From contig NC_087447.1 of assembly GCF_036321535.1 (NCBI RefSeq), positions 4,712,001-4,776,000 of the forward strand: a DNA stretch of 64,000 nucleotides, written 5' to 3'. Of this stretch, positions 12,637 to 25,712 are shown one piece after another. The notes under the pieces were generated by a model. That model worked only from the letters and a program-made list of their open reading frames with translations, ran no database searches and was not told the origin of the DNA. The position numbers and the translations under genes were made by a program. This DNA is from Camelus dromedarius. Lineage: Eukaryota. Position 1 is the first letter of the stretch; each line of letters begins with the position of its first letter.

Positions 12637-13088
12637 TGCAGTAGGTTGAAGAGTGGTTCCCCCCACATATACTAATGTGGATTAGTATATCCACATCCTA
12701 ATCTTGGGAACCTATGAATATTAACTGATTTGGGAAAAGAGTCTTGGCAGGTATAATCAAGGATCTTGAGCTGACGAGTTCATCCTGGACTATCCAGGTG
12801 GTCCCTAAATCCAATGACAAGTGTCCTGATAATAGGAGAGGAGGAGAAAGAAGTGGAGATGGAAGCAAAGATCAGAGAGATGTGGCCACAAGCCAAGGAA
12901 CACCTGGAGTGCCCAGAAGCTGGAAGCAGTGAGGAAGGCTTCTCCCCTAGAGCATTTGGAGGGAGCGAGGCTCTGCTGACACCTCGATTTCAGACTTCTG
13001 GCCTCCAGACTGTAGGAGCATACGTTTCTGCTGTTTTAAGCTGTCCAGTTCATGATGATTTGTCACAGCAGCCACAGTAATCTAACAT
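12637..13088 (+). mobile_element. MaLR solo LTR (MLT1 family)
   Basis: ccctaaatccaatgacaagtgtcct...ggccacaagccaagga...gatttcagacttctggcctccag...ttgtcacagcagccacag. Confidence 0.8.
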
Positions 13089-14381
13089 AGTCCTTAATCT
13101 TCACAAACCCATTTTACAGGGAAGGAAACTGAGGTCAGAGAAGTGAGGATCTGTCCAGGGTATCATCTCCAACTTACTTTATACCCCAGTGGCAAAGGTG
13201 AAGAGGCCCAACTGAGGCCATGTGGCCTGCAGAGCCTAAAAGATTTGCCTCCTGGCCCTTTGCAGAAGTGTTTGCCCACCTGCTATAGGGGGCCCGATGG
13301 TGACACCTGTTCCAGAATAAATAAAGCAGGGCAAGAGGGTCAAGAGGGGAGGCAGGCCTCACTAGAAAGGTGATTTTTGTACAGGGACCTGGAAGAAGGG
13401 AAGGCCAGTGCAAAGACCCTGAGGTACAGTGAGGGGGCCGGAGGAGCTGATACAGAGACAGCCAAGGTCAGAGAGGAGCAGAGACCTGGAGACCACCTCC
13501 TCTGAGTGAGATGGGGGATCATCAGAAGGCCAGGAGCAAGGGAGCATGGGCTTTGATTTCCATTTTATAGACTCTGCCTGCTCCTGAGTGGGAAAGAGGC
13601 TGAGGGGGCAGACTTGCCCACTGGACCTCGCAGGCAGCCAGTCGTCTGTGACCTTGAGGAGCTGTTTGGATTCACGTGGTGGCTTGCATGCACCTGGCTT
13701 TGGCTGAGGGCCGGGGGCACCACACACACTTAGTTGAACAGCAGGACTCCACAGACCGAGTCAGGGAGCATCTTTCCCTGCACCCAGCTGGAAACCTCAG
13801 GTGGCTGCCACACCTCCCTGTGGTCACTCTCAGGTGCAGTGAAGCCCTTGGGTCACTTCTAGTCCCAGGAATAGTGTCAGCTCAGGAAATGCCATTCCAG
13901 TTCTGGTTTCATGATCAAAACGAAGGTTTATTCAGAGTCACAGTTTCTCCCCTCCTCCAGCTCAGCTGCAGCGGGGAGGGCCAGCCCCATCTCTGCTCTC
14001 CTCCGTGAGCCTGGAGCTGGCCATGGAGGGAGGATCGGGACCCTGTAGCTTTGGGGGATTCCCAATGTTGATCCTTCTCTTTTGGGCTCTTTGTGAAACC
14101 TTAGATATTTCTCAGATGGCGCCTGACCCCCGCGACACATGCCTTTGCCCAGTCATCCAGGAAGCACAGCCTCCATGCAGTTCCTCAGTGGCCGGGCAGC
14201 TACAGTGATGGCCTTGGCCTTAAATGTATCAGGCTCGGAGCGCACAGCAGAGCCACGCATTGTCCTCCAGCCAGACAACGGCTTCAGGAGACACACGTCC
14301 ACTTGGTTCCTTGAAGCCCCTCTTGCTAGTCTCAGGATGAAGGGGACTCTTCTATACTCTCAAGGTGGACGGTGGACTAAT

Positions 14382-14492
14382 TAGGGTGACCAACCATCTC
14401 AGTTTGCCTAGAACTGAGGGGTTTGCGGGACACAGGACGTTCAGGGCTAAAACTGGAAGGTCCAGGCAAACAGGGGTGAGTCGGTCGCCCTC
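14382..14492. mobile_element. hAT MITE (MER81-like)
   Basis: About 110 bp with terminal inverted repeats tagggtgaccaacc / gtcggtcgccct. Confidence 0.65.
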
Positions 14493-14719
14493 CGGCTGGT
14501 GGAATCAGGCTCCCGTCTGCAGGACCCTCACCCCAAGCATGTGGGGGTCGGGACGAAAGTCTAGGCCTGCCACTTAAAATTATCAATCACTCTCAACATA
14601 TCAATGCTATTTTTAAAAAAAAGGTGGAGGGATTTTTCTGGATAAAAAGAGACAAAAGAAATAGCCTGACTGATTAGATCCTGTTTAAAAAATAACTGAT
14701 GATATTAAAAATACTTGTT

Positions 14720-14848
14720 TGTCTTTTTTTGTTTTTTGGGGTTCTTTTTTTTTTTTTTTTTTTTTTTTTGGTTAAGGGAGGTACTGGGGATTGAACCCAG
14801 GACTTTGTGCATGCTAAGCATGCACTCTACCACTGAGCTATACTCCCC
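14720..14848 (-). mobile_element. Vic-1-like SINE with T25 tract (14745-14769)
   Basis: gaggtactggggattgaacccagg...catgcactctaccactgagctata. Confidence 0.9.
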
Positions 14849-16525
14849 ACCCCCGTGAGGTTTTTTTTTTAAGATGTTAGAAAACTATTTTGTTAATGTC
14901 GGGGAATGTTCTTAGGAGATCTCTCCCAAACTATTTAATGGAGACACATCATACTGTCTGTGACATACTTTAAATATTTCTCCTTTTGGCAAATGTGGCA
15001 AAACCCTTAACCAATTTTGAACCTCAGTCATAAAATTATGGGTGGTGGCTGTAAAAAACAAAAAAAGTGATAAATCAGACCATAGACCATGGAGTAAAAA
15101 GAATGTTCTTCCTCCCTGGCTGGACAAATACACAGTCATTAACACCAGGAAGTTAGCGCTATGTAGAACTTTTCGGACTCCTCTGTGTTGGAGCGAGGTG
15201 ACCAGAGACCTAGCCCAGGACCTCCCTGGACTTTCGCCCCAGGGGAGGTCTGTGGTGGGACTACAGGTCTGGGGGGGCACCCACACAGCCTGGACTTGGG
15301 TTCTGTGCTGTTTGGGCAGGGACTTGGGGGTCCCAGTGCCTGGGGCAAGGTGAGTGGTGGTGGGCACCAGGGAGCATGTCTCCTGTGGGTGATGGGCAGG
15401 CTGGAGGGGCAGAGTGGGGGCCCCCTAAAGCTTGGAGCCCCCAGCAAAATGACACTTATTATTTTGTTTTAGGCCTTCAGTCTCAGATGAAGTGGAGCCA
15501 GAAAGTCCCATCTTAAACTCTACCCCAAAAGAGAGAGAGACCAGGCTCAGAACAGGCGTGGCACCTGCCCAAGGTCAGGCAGGTGGAAAGCGGCCAGGCT
15601 GGAATTTGAACTCAGTCTCCCAGCTCCTCCATGGTGCTCCTCCATGTCCCTCCTCCGTAGGGCTAATCCCCTCCCTTGCACTGACTGCCTCTCCTTTCCC
15701 AGGTCCTGGCCCCCCTGCAGGGCCCCTCCTGCCTGGCCAGTGGCCAGCTCATGCCCCCTCTTTAGGCTCCACCCACTCAGCTTGTATACAAGAGCAAGAT
15801 TCTCTTTTCTTAACGTATAACAAAAACTCACCCTTCCCCTTCATTCTCCCCTCTCTGCCCCCTCAGCCGCCAAGCCCCTACAACCCACCGTCTACACTCA
15901 CTGCCTCCTGGCCTCACCACCTGCTCATCCAGTCCTGCCCCTGTGATGACCTCCCCACTACCAGCTCCAAGGGCCATTCCTGGTGCATCTCACGACTAGA
16001 TTCTGCTCCTCCTCCACCCACGCCTCCCTCCCTGTCGGTCCCAGCCTCTGTCCCTCCTGCTCACACACTCTCCCCTGCTTCAGGCATGGCCCTCCTAGGG
16101 GCCACTTTTCTCCATCTCCACAGCTAGCTTCAGGCCCCCTCAGCCCTCCCCACTGTGGTCTGTCCCTCAGCGCAGCCAGCATGATGGTCCTAAAATGCCC
16201 ATCTGACAGTGGCCCTACCTTCACACAAATCCTCTATGGCTCCCCAGTGCCCCGTGGCCCCTACTACTGCCGGGTTCCAGGATCAGAGCCTCCTCTCCCG
16301 CTGGCATCTCCTCCCTCCCCGAGGCCGGGCACAGTTCCTCTGGGCCACTGGGTCTCTGGGTCTAGCTGTCAAGCCTCTGCTGCAGTTATTAGGGTCACCT
16401 TTCACCCAGTGAGGTGGGGGCAGAGGAGAGAGGGTAGCTGCTGCAGAAACTCACGGGGAGGGGGTCCCTTCTAGCCGATGTGGGGGGCCAAGTAGGTGAA
16501 CTGGGCCTTCACAAAGGGTCAGCTT

Positions 16526-16714
16526 CCTACTGTACAGCACAGGGAACTATATTCAATATCTTGTAACAGCCTCTAATGGAAAAGAATAGGAAAAGGAATA
16601 TATGTATGTGTGTATAACTGAATCACTATGCTGTACACCAGAAACTAACACAACTTTGTAAATTGACTATACTTCAATTCTTTTTTTAATTTAAAAATTA
16701 GAAAATTGGAAAAA
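16526..16714 (+). mobile_element. Short L1 3' end with 14-bp TSD
   Basis: TSD CAAAG(G/C)GTCAGCTT at 16512-16525 and 16715-16728. Confidence 0.88.
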
Positions 16715-17962
16715 CAAAGCGTCAGCTTGAATAGGCAGCCACAGAGGTGCTGGGCACTCCCCCTGGGAGGCAGGCGTGTGTTTGGAACAGTGACTCCCAA
16801 GACCGGGGCCACGAGCAGCTAGATTGTGGGGTGTGGGAGGGGAAGGGGACCATTAGGTGGGCAGGCTGTTGGGGCAAGACGGTGGGTGCCCCAAATGAGG
16901 GCTCCACCCTGGTGGAACTTCGTGCAGTTTCCTCTTAGGGATATTCCTGGAGCTGAGTCTGGGGGGATCTGACCATCCCCAGTAGCTGTGATTCTAAATT
17001 CTAGGTTCTAGAAAGAAGTCATGGGAGGCCCCCAGGACAGGAGGCTTTGCCTGAAGGTGACAAAGGAGGGTGCAGGTCTCAGGGCTGTGGCTGAGGATAC
17101 CTGGCAGTCTTGGCTCCCTGCTAGTCCCACAAAGGGCCCTTCTCCCTGCTGGGCTCTTAGAAGCAGCAGCTGCCCCCAGGCCCTGTTGGGAGTGAGGGGG
17201 CTTCTCTGGCCTTGTAGGTCCAGCAGGACAGCTGGGGCTGGCATTGAGTCTGATGATGCTCACGCTGGGGCATCGGGCAGCAAGGACATGAACCCTCGCA
17301 AAGCAGGGAGCAGACCCTGGGCCTCTCAGGGCCTCGTCCATCTGCCCCCACCAGGTTCAGCAGGCAAGGCTGAGAGCTGGTGCTGGGGGTACCTGGCAGT
17401 GGGGGACGTGCCTCCTGCCAGGGCCCCTCCCAGACCAGGATCACATGTCCTTCCCTGCTTGTCGGTAATTCTCTGACCAAAGATCACAGCGGGCCGGGCA
17501 GGCGGCGCCTTTGATGTGCAGCCCCCACCTCCCAGCCAACAGAGCTCTGCAGACTTTGTACCAAGACTGTTTCCTCCCTGCAAGAAATGGGCATGCCCTG
17601 GGCTTCCCGCTGCTCTAGCTGGGCTGGAGGCTGCAGGAAGAGTCCTCCAGGCCCTGTTTTCTATTTCCCCAGGAGCATCACTGGGCCCCTGCTCACTCAC
17701 GGGATCGGGATCCTCCTAAGAGCTCTTCGGGGAAGATCTCACTTATGCTCATTCTACAGAGGGGAAAACTGAGGCCAGGGCAGGTTGGGTGACTTGACTG
17801 AATTCCCTCAGGGAGTCAGGAATGGAGCTGAAGACCTTGTTATTTCTCCTCCCCACTGCGCCCTGGGAGCCGGAGGAGGTGGGGGAGCCGGAAAGAGGAA
17901 TGAGGCCCTGGGCAGCCAGGGTGGCTCAGGCACTTTCTGGGCCCGGTGTTCCTGGCTCGGGC

Positions 17963-17996
17963 CTGCAGTGATTCATATGGCCACGAGGGGGCAGCA
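17963..17996 (+). promoter_or_regulatory. CTCF motif with upstream module
   Basis: TGGCCACGAGGGGGCAGCA at 17978-17996, preceded by CTGCAGT at 17963-17969. Motif only; binding not shown. Confidence 0.6.
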
Positions 17997-18057
17997 GCAC
18001 CCCGCCCTGTCCAGCTCTTCCTGGCGCTCCAGGAATCAGCAAAGAAACCTCATCAGA

Positions 18058-18180
18058 AGGGAGGGTACAGCTCAAGTGATAGAGTGCGTGCTTAGCGAGC
18101 ACGACGTCCTGGGTTCAATCCCCAGTCCTTCCTCCAAATATAAATGAATAAAGGTAATTACCTCCCCCTCATAAAACAAA
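18058..18180 (+). mobile_element. Vic-1-like SINE
   Basis: gagggtacagctcaagtgatagag...gtcctgggttcaatccccagt...taattacctcccc. Confidence 0.9.
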
Positions 18181-18199
18181 CAAGGGAGGGGCACCGGCA

Positions 18200-18612
18200 A
18201 CAACAAGGAGGGACCTAGAGACTCTCATACTAAGTGAAGTCAAGTCAGACAGAGAAAGATAAATAGCATACGATGTTACTTACATGTGGGATCTGCAAAA
18301 TAATACAAATGAACTTCTTTACACAGACATAGAAAGCAAATTTACGGCTACCATAGGGGAAAGGGCAGGAGGAATAAGCTGGGAGTTTGGAATTAGCAGA
18401 TACAAACTACACAAAACAGATAAAGAACAAGGTCCCACCGTAGAGCACAGGGGACATTTTCAATAGCCTGTAATAACCTATAATGAAAAAGAATATATGC
18501 GTACAACAGAATCACCACACTGTGCACCAGAAACTAACACAACACTGTGAATCACCTACACTTCTATACAACTAATTTTTTAAAACGCAAAAAACCCAAA
18601 AACAAAAGCAAA
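18200..18612 (+). mobile_element. L1 3' end inserted next to the SINE tail
   Basis: ctcatactaagtgaagtcaagtcagacagagaaagataaat...cacctacacttctat; imperfect aagggagg flanks. Confidence 0.85.
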
Positions 18613-20349
18613 AAGGGAGGAGTGCCAGGAAATAGGACCTCACCTGAGACACGACTGCACACACCTGATACTGTCAAGATAAAAGGAGAGAATTCGGCTC
18701 CCAGAAGAGGGGACAGAGTCAAGTCCCTGCTGCAGGAGTCTGGGCAAGTTGTGGAATCCCTGGGGACCTCTGTTTCCTAATCTGTGCCAGTGGAGAAAGT
18801 CGTTGTCTGGTTGGGCTGTCCTGGGGATTAAGAACACCAGGCAGCAAATATAAAATGTTGCTACCAGGGCACAGAAGGCTTCCTGGCATGTGCCTGGAGG
18901 AGGGAGCCTAGGCATTGAAGCTCAAACCTCATAACATCTGGGTAGGTCCCCCTCAAGGGAGCCGCTCTGAGCCTCCCTGGTCTGCCCATGACTTTCACAC
19001 TTTCAGGTCTACAGACCCGGGCTGGCCACTGAGCACTCGTGATGCCCCAGCGGGGAGACTCTAGTATCATCCCCATTTTGTGACAAGGAAACTGAGGCTC
19101 AGAGAGCCTGAGTACCTGGCCTAAGGCCACGACCTGGGCCAGTCTCAGAGCTGTGATTTGCACCCAGGGCTCTGCCCTCTCCATCCCACCCAAACCTGCA
19201 CAAACTACTGCCTGAGTCACTTGTGCAGGGTCAGAGGTGTTGACTTTTTCCCAGATGCCCTTCATCAAGGTGGGGGCTGCTGTGAACATTTTGACAGCTG
19301 TTTCCCCCACCTCTTCTCCTGTCATGTTTGCCAGATCACATGGGAAGAAAAGCTCTAGGCAGATTTCCACTGCCAGCCTGTCCTGACCCTCCCCAGAGGC
19401 TCAGGACCCTCAGCTGCGGGCAAGCTGATCGGCAGGCAGGGGGGATGCAGTCAGGATTCTCCCCTACTCGCCCCTTGCCAACCCCAATAGTCTGGTGAAG
19501 AGTCCAGGGAATGTGCAAGTGGCCTGGGGCAGCCCTGTGCTAGAGGAAGTTTGATGTCAGTGAGGCTGAAAGTTGGAGAAGGGCTGGGATTAGGTGGCAG
19601 TTCTTATGGTTTTAATTAGATTCCCTGGATTTATTTCATATTTGATATTCTGATTATAAAATTAATTTATGGTCATTGCAGAAAAGTTGGAAAATATAGG
19701 AAAGGATAAAGAAGGGAACAAAAATCAAATCTCATTTCATGGTTGAGATCTGACTACTGTTAGCATTTTTATGTATTCCCTCGCAGTCTTTTTTTTTCTA
19801 GGCACATACTCAAAAGCCAAGTCATGGTGAGGAGCTTGTTTCTGGCAAAATAACCGACTGGATACCCAGAGGATGCCACCTGGTACAAAACACATAAAAA
19901 TATCACAAGCAATCTTAATTTAAAACATTTTTTAATGCGTGGTAGAGTTGTCAGGAAAGTAGGGGGCATCATTAAGACCAAAAATAGTAAGAAAATAAGA
20001 AAAATAAGAAAGCAATCTCATATTTGTGAGGCAACTGAGGATTTGAACACTGATTACAGCAGAAAACTGAACACTGATGATATTAGGAAATTATTATTTA
20101 AAATCTTAGGTGTGAGTACAGATATTGTGGCTATGTTTTTAAGACAGTTCTCATCTCTGGAAAACGCACACTGAAGTATTTTCAGATGAAATAGTATGAT
20201 GTCTGGAATTTGCTTCAGAAGCATAATTTTGGGTGGTGGGCTTTGAGATTGGCCATGGGCTGATGGTTTTTAACAATGTGTGATGAGTCTGTTGGTGTCC
20301 TTGTACTATTCTTGGCATGTTTATAGATATTTGAAATTTGAAATTCTCC

Positions 20350-20515
20350 TTTTATAAACATAAATATAAAATATAAAATTTATATTTATTTGTATTTGTA
20401 TATTATGTTTATATATAAATATAAATTTATACTTATTTTTATTTATATATGTGTATAAAATATATTTATTTATATATTATACATTTATATATATAATATC
20501 TTTATATTTACATAT
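20350..20515. repeat. AT-rich low-complexity tract
   Basis: About 165 bp of almost only A/T (tatatttatat...). Confidence 0.9.
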
Positions 20516-21384
20516 CAGTCAGGGCAGACTGCAGCTGGCCTTGCCCTGGGGGCTCCTCTCTGCTCCCAGGAACCTCAGAGCTGGGTTTAACAGCACATTG
20601 GAGGCAGGAACGGAGGTCAGGTCCTGAGCAAGGTGGAAGGTCAGATCAGAAACCGCCCAAAATCTGAGAATCTTCTGAAAAAGGACATTTCCAGTGAGTG
20701 AACAACAAGAAAAACCTGCCCCACGGGGTGTCTTGGGGATGGGAGGGAGGAAGAAGATGTCCCTGTGTTGGCCTTCGTTCTGAGCAGAACAGAAGAAGTG
20801 AAAAGGAGAGAAAAAAATCTCCGTGAGTGTCTCAGCATAGCGCTATTGTCCCAGGGCTTCAGAGCCAGAAGCCACCTCAAGACCCACCCTGAGGATGGGA
20901 GCTAAAATGGTCCCTCTTGGTAGAGTGCCCTGGAGCCTGGCAAAGCAGAGGCAACTCTGGAGCAAATGCACTTCAGATCCAGTCCTCAAAGAGTTCCCAC
21001 TAATAAAGCTACAAAACTCACTGAGCCCAGCAGGAAAGAACCACCATGAGCAAGAGTCAGCAGGAAAAGCAAACTGTAGCCTCAAAGCCATAAAAACTGC
21101 AGACTCTCAAACTGTCGGTTTGAAATCTTCTTCAAACATTTAAAGAGAGAAAAGGGGAAATTCAAAGTATGACAAAGAGGCAAGGAATCACCAGATTTGC
21201 AGGCATGTTGGAGAAAAGGGCTAAAGACCAATTCCAGAAATAAAAATTATAATTGAAATTAGGATCGGAATGACTAGGTTAGACACCTGGCGAGACGTGA
21301 GAGTGTGCTGGAGAGGGGCGGCTGCGCCGCGCCGCACCGAGGGAAGCACGGAGAGAGGAACAAATTGAAAGGAAGCGGACTCAC

Positions 21385-21990
21385 CCGTTCCTCGGGAATG
21401 TGAAATGGTGCAGCCGCTCTGGAAACAGCCTGGAAGCTCCTTGGAGGAGTTCAGCACAGAGTTCCCTTGTGACTCAGCAGTTCCACTCCTAGGAGGCCAC
21501 TCAAGAGAAACAGGCATAAACTCACACAAAAACTTGAATGCTGATAGCAGCTTTACTCGTAGTAACCAAAAGGTGGAAATAATCCAACGGTCCATCAACA
21601 GATGAACAAAATGTGATATGCCCATACAATGGACTATTACTCATCCAAAAAAGGAATGAAGTTCCAATAATACATGACGAATCTTGAAAACATCATGCTA
21701 AGTGAAAGAAGCCAGGCATTTTAATTATTATGATTCCATTTCCTTGAAATGTCCAGAACAGGCAAATCCGTAGAGACAGACAGTAGGTGCGTGGTTGCCA
21801 GAGGCAGAGGGCTGGGGAGGGGAGGCTGGGAAGTGACTGCTAATGGGTGTGGGTTTGTTTTTTGTTTTTTTTTTTCTGGCGGGGGAGTGATGAAAATGTC
21901 CTAACATTGTGGTGATGGTTGCACAACTCGGTGAATATACTAAAAACTATTGTATTGTACACTTTAAATTGTGCAGCATGCTCAATGAAG
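21385..21990 (+). mobile_element. Old L1 (L1MB-like) 3' end
   Basis: gggaatgtgaaatggtgcagccgctctggaaacag...catgctaagtgaaagaagccag...ggtgatggttgcacaact. Confidence 0.75.
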
Positions 21991-23699
21991 TTTTCTTTAG
22001 GGAGATGAGGACCTCTGGAAGATGGAGAGAGAAGATCTAACAGACAAAATCAATGCTCTAGAGGGAAAAATCAAAGAGGGGGATAGAGGCAACATTCAAC
22101 GTTATGGTGGTTGAAAGTTTTACAGAAGTGATGGAGTTACCAAGACTTCAGCCTCAGAAAGCTCGGTGAATTCCAAGCAGGAGTTTAAAAAGAAAAAGAA
22201 GAAAGAAATCCACACCTGGACACGTCATAGGTGTATCATTCAGGGTCTGATCAGGAGACAGGAACCACACAGTCACTGGACAGGGAAAGTTTATTCTAAA
22301 GCGTTATTAACTATGGCAGGGGATGGAGTAATGGGGGGGTTGGGTAGCAAGAGATAAAGACAAGTGTGAAGGATGCAGGAATAGTGTGTGTAAGGAGCAC
22401 CCAGCCCCAAGCCTGAGACAGAGACCCATGGGAGGAGGTCCCGGGCAGAGACCGGACCTCACTGAGGGTGGCAGGAGGGGGTCAGGAAGTCCACGGGTGT
22501 GCCCGCAGCACCCACTGGAAACCCAGCCCCAGGGGGACCACGGAGCCCTTTCACAGTGACGCCGCTCGCTGGTGACCCTCTGCTAGGAAGCAGCCAGTGC
22601 CCGAGGGGAGGAGCACATGGAAACAGGGTGACAGCCCCTCCACCTCTGCTGTCCCCCCAGCATCTTTCAGCCCCATGAGAGGTGGGATTGGGGCCGAGAG
22701 GCAGTAAATTAATAGCAAGCGTAGCAGGAAAGCAGAACACCAAAGAGAAAGTTCTTAAAACCAGCCGGAGAAAATGGCCGAGTGCCGAGGAAGAAATGCC
22801 AGTTAGACCGACAGTGCCCAGCAGGGAATGAGAAGTCTCAACCTGGCGTCCTAAACTCAGAAAAAGTGTCTCAGAGAATGAGGGGCAAGTAAAGACTTTT
22901 TTCCAGGCAAACAAAACTAAGAGAGTTTACAGACAAACCCTCAGTGGAGAAGCAGCTTGAGAATGTCCTTCAGTGGGAAACCAGGTCTGAGTTACACCAA
23001 GGAAGGATGAGTAAAGAAAATGATAATTGGGTTAAACTGAAACGAATTGCTGTACAAAATGATAGAAACATCCAACTGGTGGGAGGGAGGGAACGACGTG
23101 GGCCCAAGAAACTAGGTAACAGCTTCCTCCCCGTTGATTCACTTTTCCAGTTACTTACACGAACATGGACTCATGGGTGCTGGTTTTACTCTCTGGGTTA
23201 TAACTGCACACGATTGTCATTTATTTTGTTATTTCAGTTGCGCATTTTATATGTAATTTTTATCTTGCCCTTTTTTCAACTAATGCTACGTCCTGAGCAT
23301 TTCCCAATATTATTAATGATTCTTTAAAAGCACTATTTTAATAGCTGTTTTAAAATTCCTCTCACGGGCATACTGCACTTTATTTAAGCATGCCAAATAG
23401 TTTTTAGCCATCGTCCAGCCGTTTAGTGTCAGACCTCATGCTGTAATGAACACCCCTGCCCGCACACCTTTGGGTCCCTCCAGTTACAGCCTCGTACGTA
23501 TGGGAGTCACCCTGGGTCAGACTTTATTCAGACTCCAGGTTCCGCAGCTGTGGCATCGAGCTGGAAGCTGAAAAAGGTTCAGGGATGAGGGCTCCAATCA
23601 GATCCGAGACAAAGGGTGGGACGTAACATTGCAGCTCCTGTGTGCTCTGTGGGTGCAGATTTGGATGAATGTTTCTCCTTTTATATCAACCTGACATTT

Positions 23700-24050
23700 A
23701 TTCATCATTTATTCACTCCACCAATATTTATTGAACACCTACTATGGTCCGGGCCAGTGCCTTGGATACCAAACAAAGACCCCTGCCGTCATGGGGCTTA
23801 CACTTTAGAGGCAGGGGAGGCAGAATAACTAACAAGTGTAATTGTGTAATATGTTTGAAGTACTATAAAAACTAAAATGTGGAACAGGGGTGGGGGATCG
23901 GGAGAACACAGGATGGTCAGGAAAGAGCTCATGGAGAAGGCAGACCAAGAAGCAAAGACGAGAAGGAAGGGAGGATGGGTCAAGAGGACATCTGGAGGAA
24001 GAACATTCCAGACGGAGGGTACAGCCAATGCCAAGTTCTCGGGCTGAGAA
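23700..24050 (-). mobile_element. L2 3' end
   Basis: ttcattcatcatttattcactccaccaatatttattgaacacctactatg. Confidence 0.6.
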
Positions 24051-24599
24051 TGTGCCTGCTGTTTTTTTTTTTTTTTCTCAAGAGCCTTTAATTACAAGAA
24101 CATTTTTCCATCTCATTAAATGTTACAAAACTGTTTTCTGATCTCCATGAAGAACAAGTAAGCCTCACACTCTCCCCGCCGCCCCAGATAATGAGGGAGT
24201 AACTCTCTCTCGCCCACAATGCTCTCTGTGTGCCCTGGGCGGTGTGGCAGGTCCTGTGAGGGCTGCGAGGTGTCCATGCCAATCCCGGCACTGGTGGCCA
24301 GATGCCAAATAAACGAAAGTCAATTCTTGGCTTTTGAGTTTCAAAACAGACCCTTGAAACTCACAGCAAAGGCAATAGATGTAGGGAAGTCAGGGGCGAG
24401 GGTGAGCTTGACCACAGAGGAGGGTCAGACCCTGAGGAACAGGAGCGTTTACAGGAGCGCTGGGCCCCACACGTCGTGGTCTCAGGACTCCTTTACACTC
24501 ATGGTTTTTTGAGGGTCTTGAAGAGCTCTGTAAGGGTTTGATCTGCTCTTTACCACAATAGAAATTAAAACTGAGAAATCTGTAAATTATCTCTTCATT

Positions 24600-24960
24600 T
24601 AAAAACAACAAGCACCCTTGCATGCTGACACAAATACCTCTTTTTAATGAAAAATGGTTCTATTTACCAAATCAGAAACTAGTGAGAAGACGGCATCATT
24701 TAAACTTTTGCAGATCTCTTTCATGTCTGGCTCCTCGTATTGGTTTCCACATTCGGTTTATTGCAAAATGTTACTCAGGTTCAAGCATATGAAGAAAATG
24801 TGACCTCATGCAGTTATGCAGTCGGAAAGGAGAGAGCCTCCCGGTACTTGCCACACAATTGTGGACAGTGTCCTTGTCGCCTCGCCAGAGCCTACCTAGT
24901 GGTCAGGGTGGACTAAACTTTTGGAACTTTGCAACATTAAAGTCCAATTGGATTAAGCTA
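24600..24960. mobile_element. hAT-Charlie DNA transposon fragment
   Basis: ctagtgagaagacggcatcatttaaacttttgcagatctctttcatgtctggct...atatgaagaaaatgtgacctc. Confidence 0.5.
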
Positions 24961-25009
24961 CCGTTATAGCAGATGGTACTGTCCTAATATCAAAATTAGG
25001 ATTAGAAGT

Positions 25010-25712
25010 GGGGTACTGTAATTTGGTGCAGCCATTATGGAAATTCCCCAAAAGACTGAAAATAGATTTACCCTATGATCCAGCAATCCCACTCCTGGAC
25101 ATACACAGGGAGGAAACTCTAATTCAAAAAGACACCTGCCCCAATGTTCACAGCAGCACTATTGACAACAGCCAAGACATGGAAGCCACCTAAAAGTCCA
25201 CCGATAGATGACTGGACAAAGAGGTTGTGATGTATATATATATACGACGGAATACTCCTCAGCCATACCAAAAAGAATAAAATAATGCCATTTGCAGCAA
25301 CATGGGTGGACCTGGAGATCGTCATTCTAAGTGAACTAAGCCAGAAAGAAAAAAAAAATACCATATGATGTCACATATATGTGGAATCTAAAAAAAGACA
25401 GAAATGAACTTTTTTACAAAAAAAAAAAAGACTTGCAGACAGAAAACAAAATTATAGTTACCAGGGAGGAAAGGGGGCATGGGGAAGGATAAACTGAGAG
25501 TTCAGGATTTGTAGATACACACTACTACATATAAAACAGATAAACAACAAGGTCCTACTGTACAGCACAGGGAACTACACTCAATATCTTGTAATAAGCT
25601 GTAATGAAAAGAATATGAAAAGGATATATATGTATGTATGTGTAACCGAATCACTATGCTGTACACCAGAAAACACACATTGTAAATCGACTATACTTCA
25701 ATTAAAAAAAAG
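25010..25712 (+). mobile_element. L1 ORF2 end and 3'UTR (about 700 bp)
   Basis: ttggtgcagccattatggaaa...ccctatgatccagcaatcccactcctgg...cgactatacttcaattaaaaaaa. Confidence 0.9.

Noticed and set aside
15492-16474. 211-aa and 163-aa ORFs
   Set aside because: They overlie pyrimidine-rich MIR/L2-like remnants, start at non-ATG codons and resemble no known protein.
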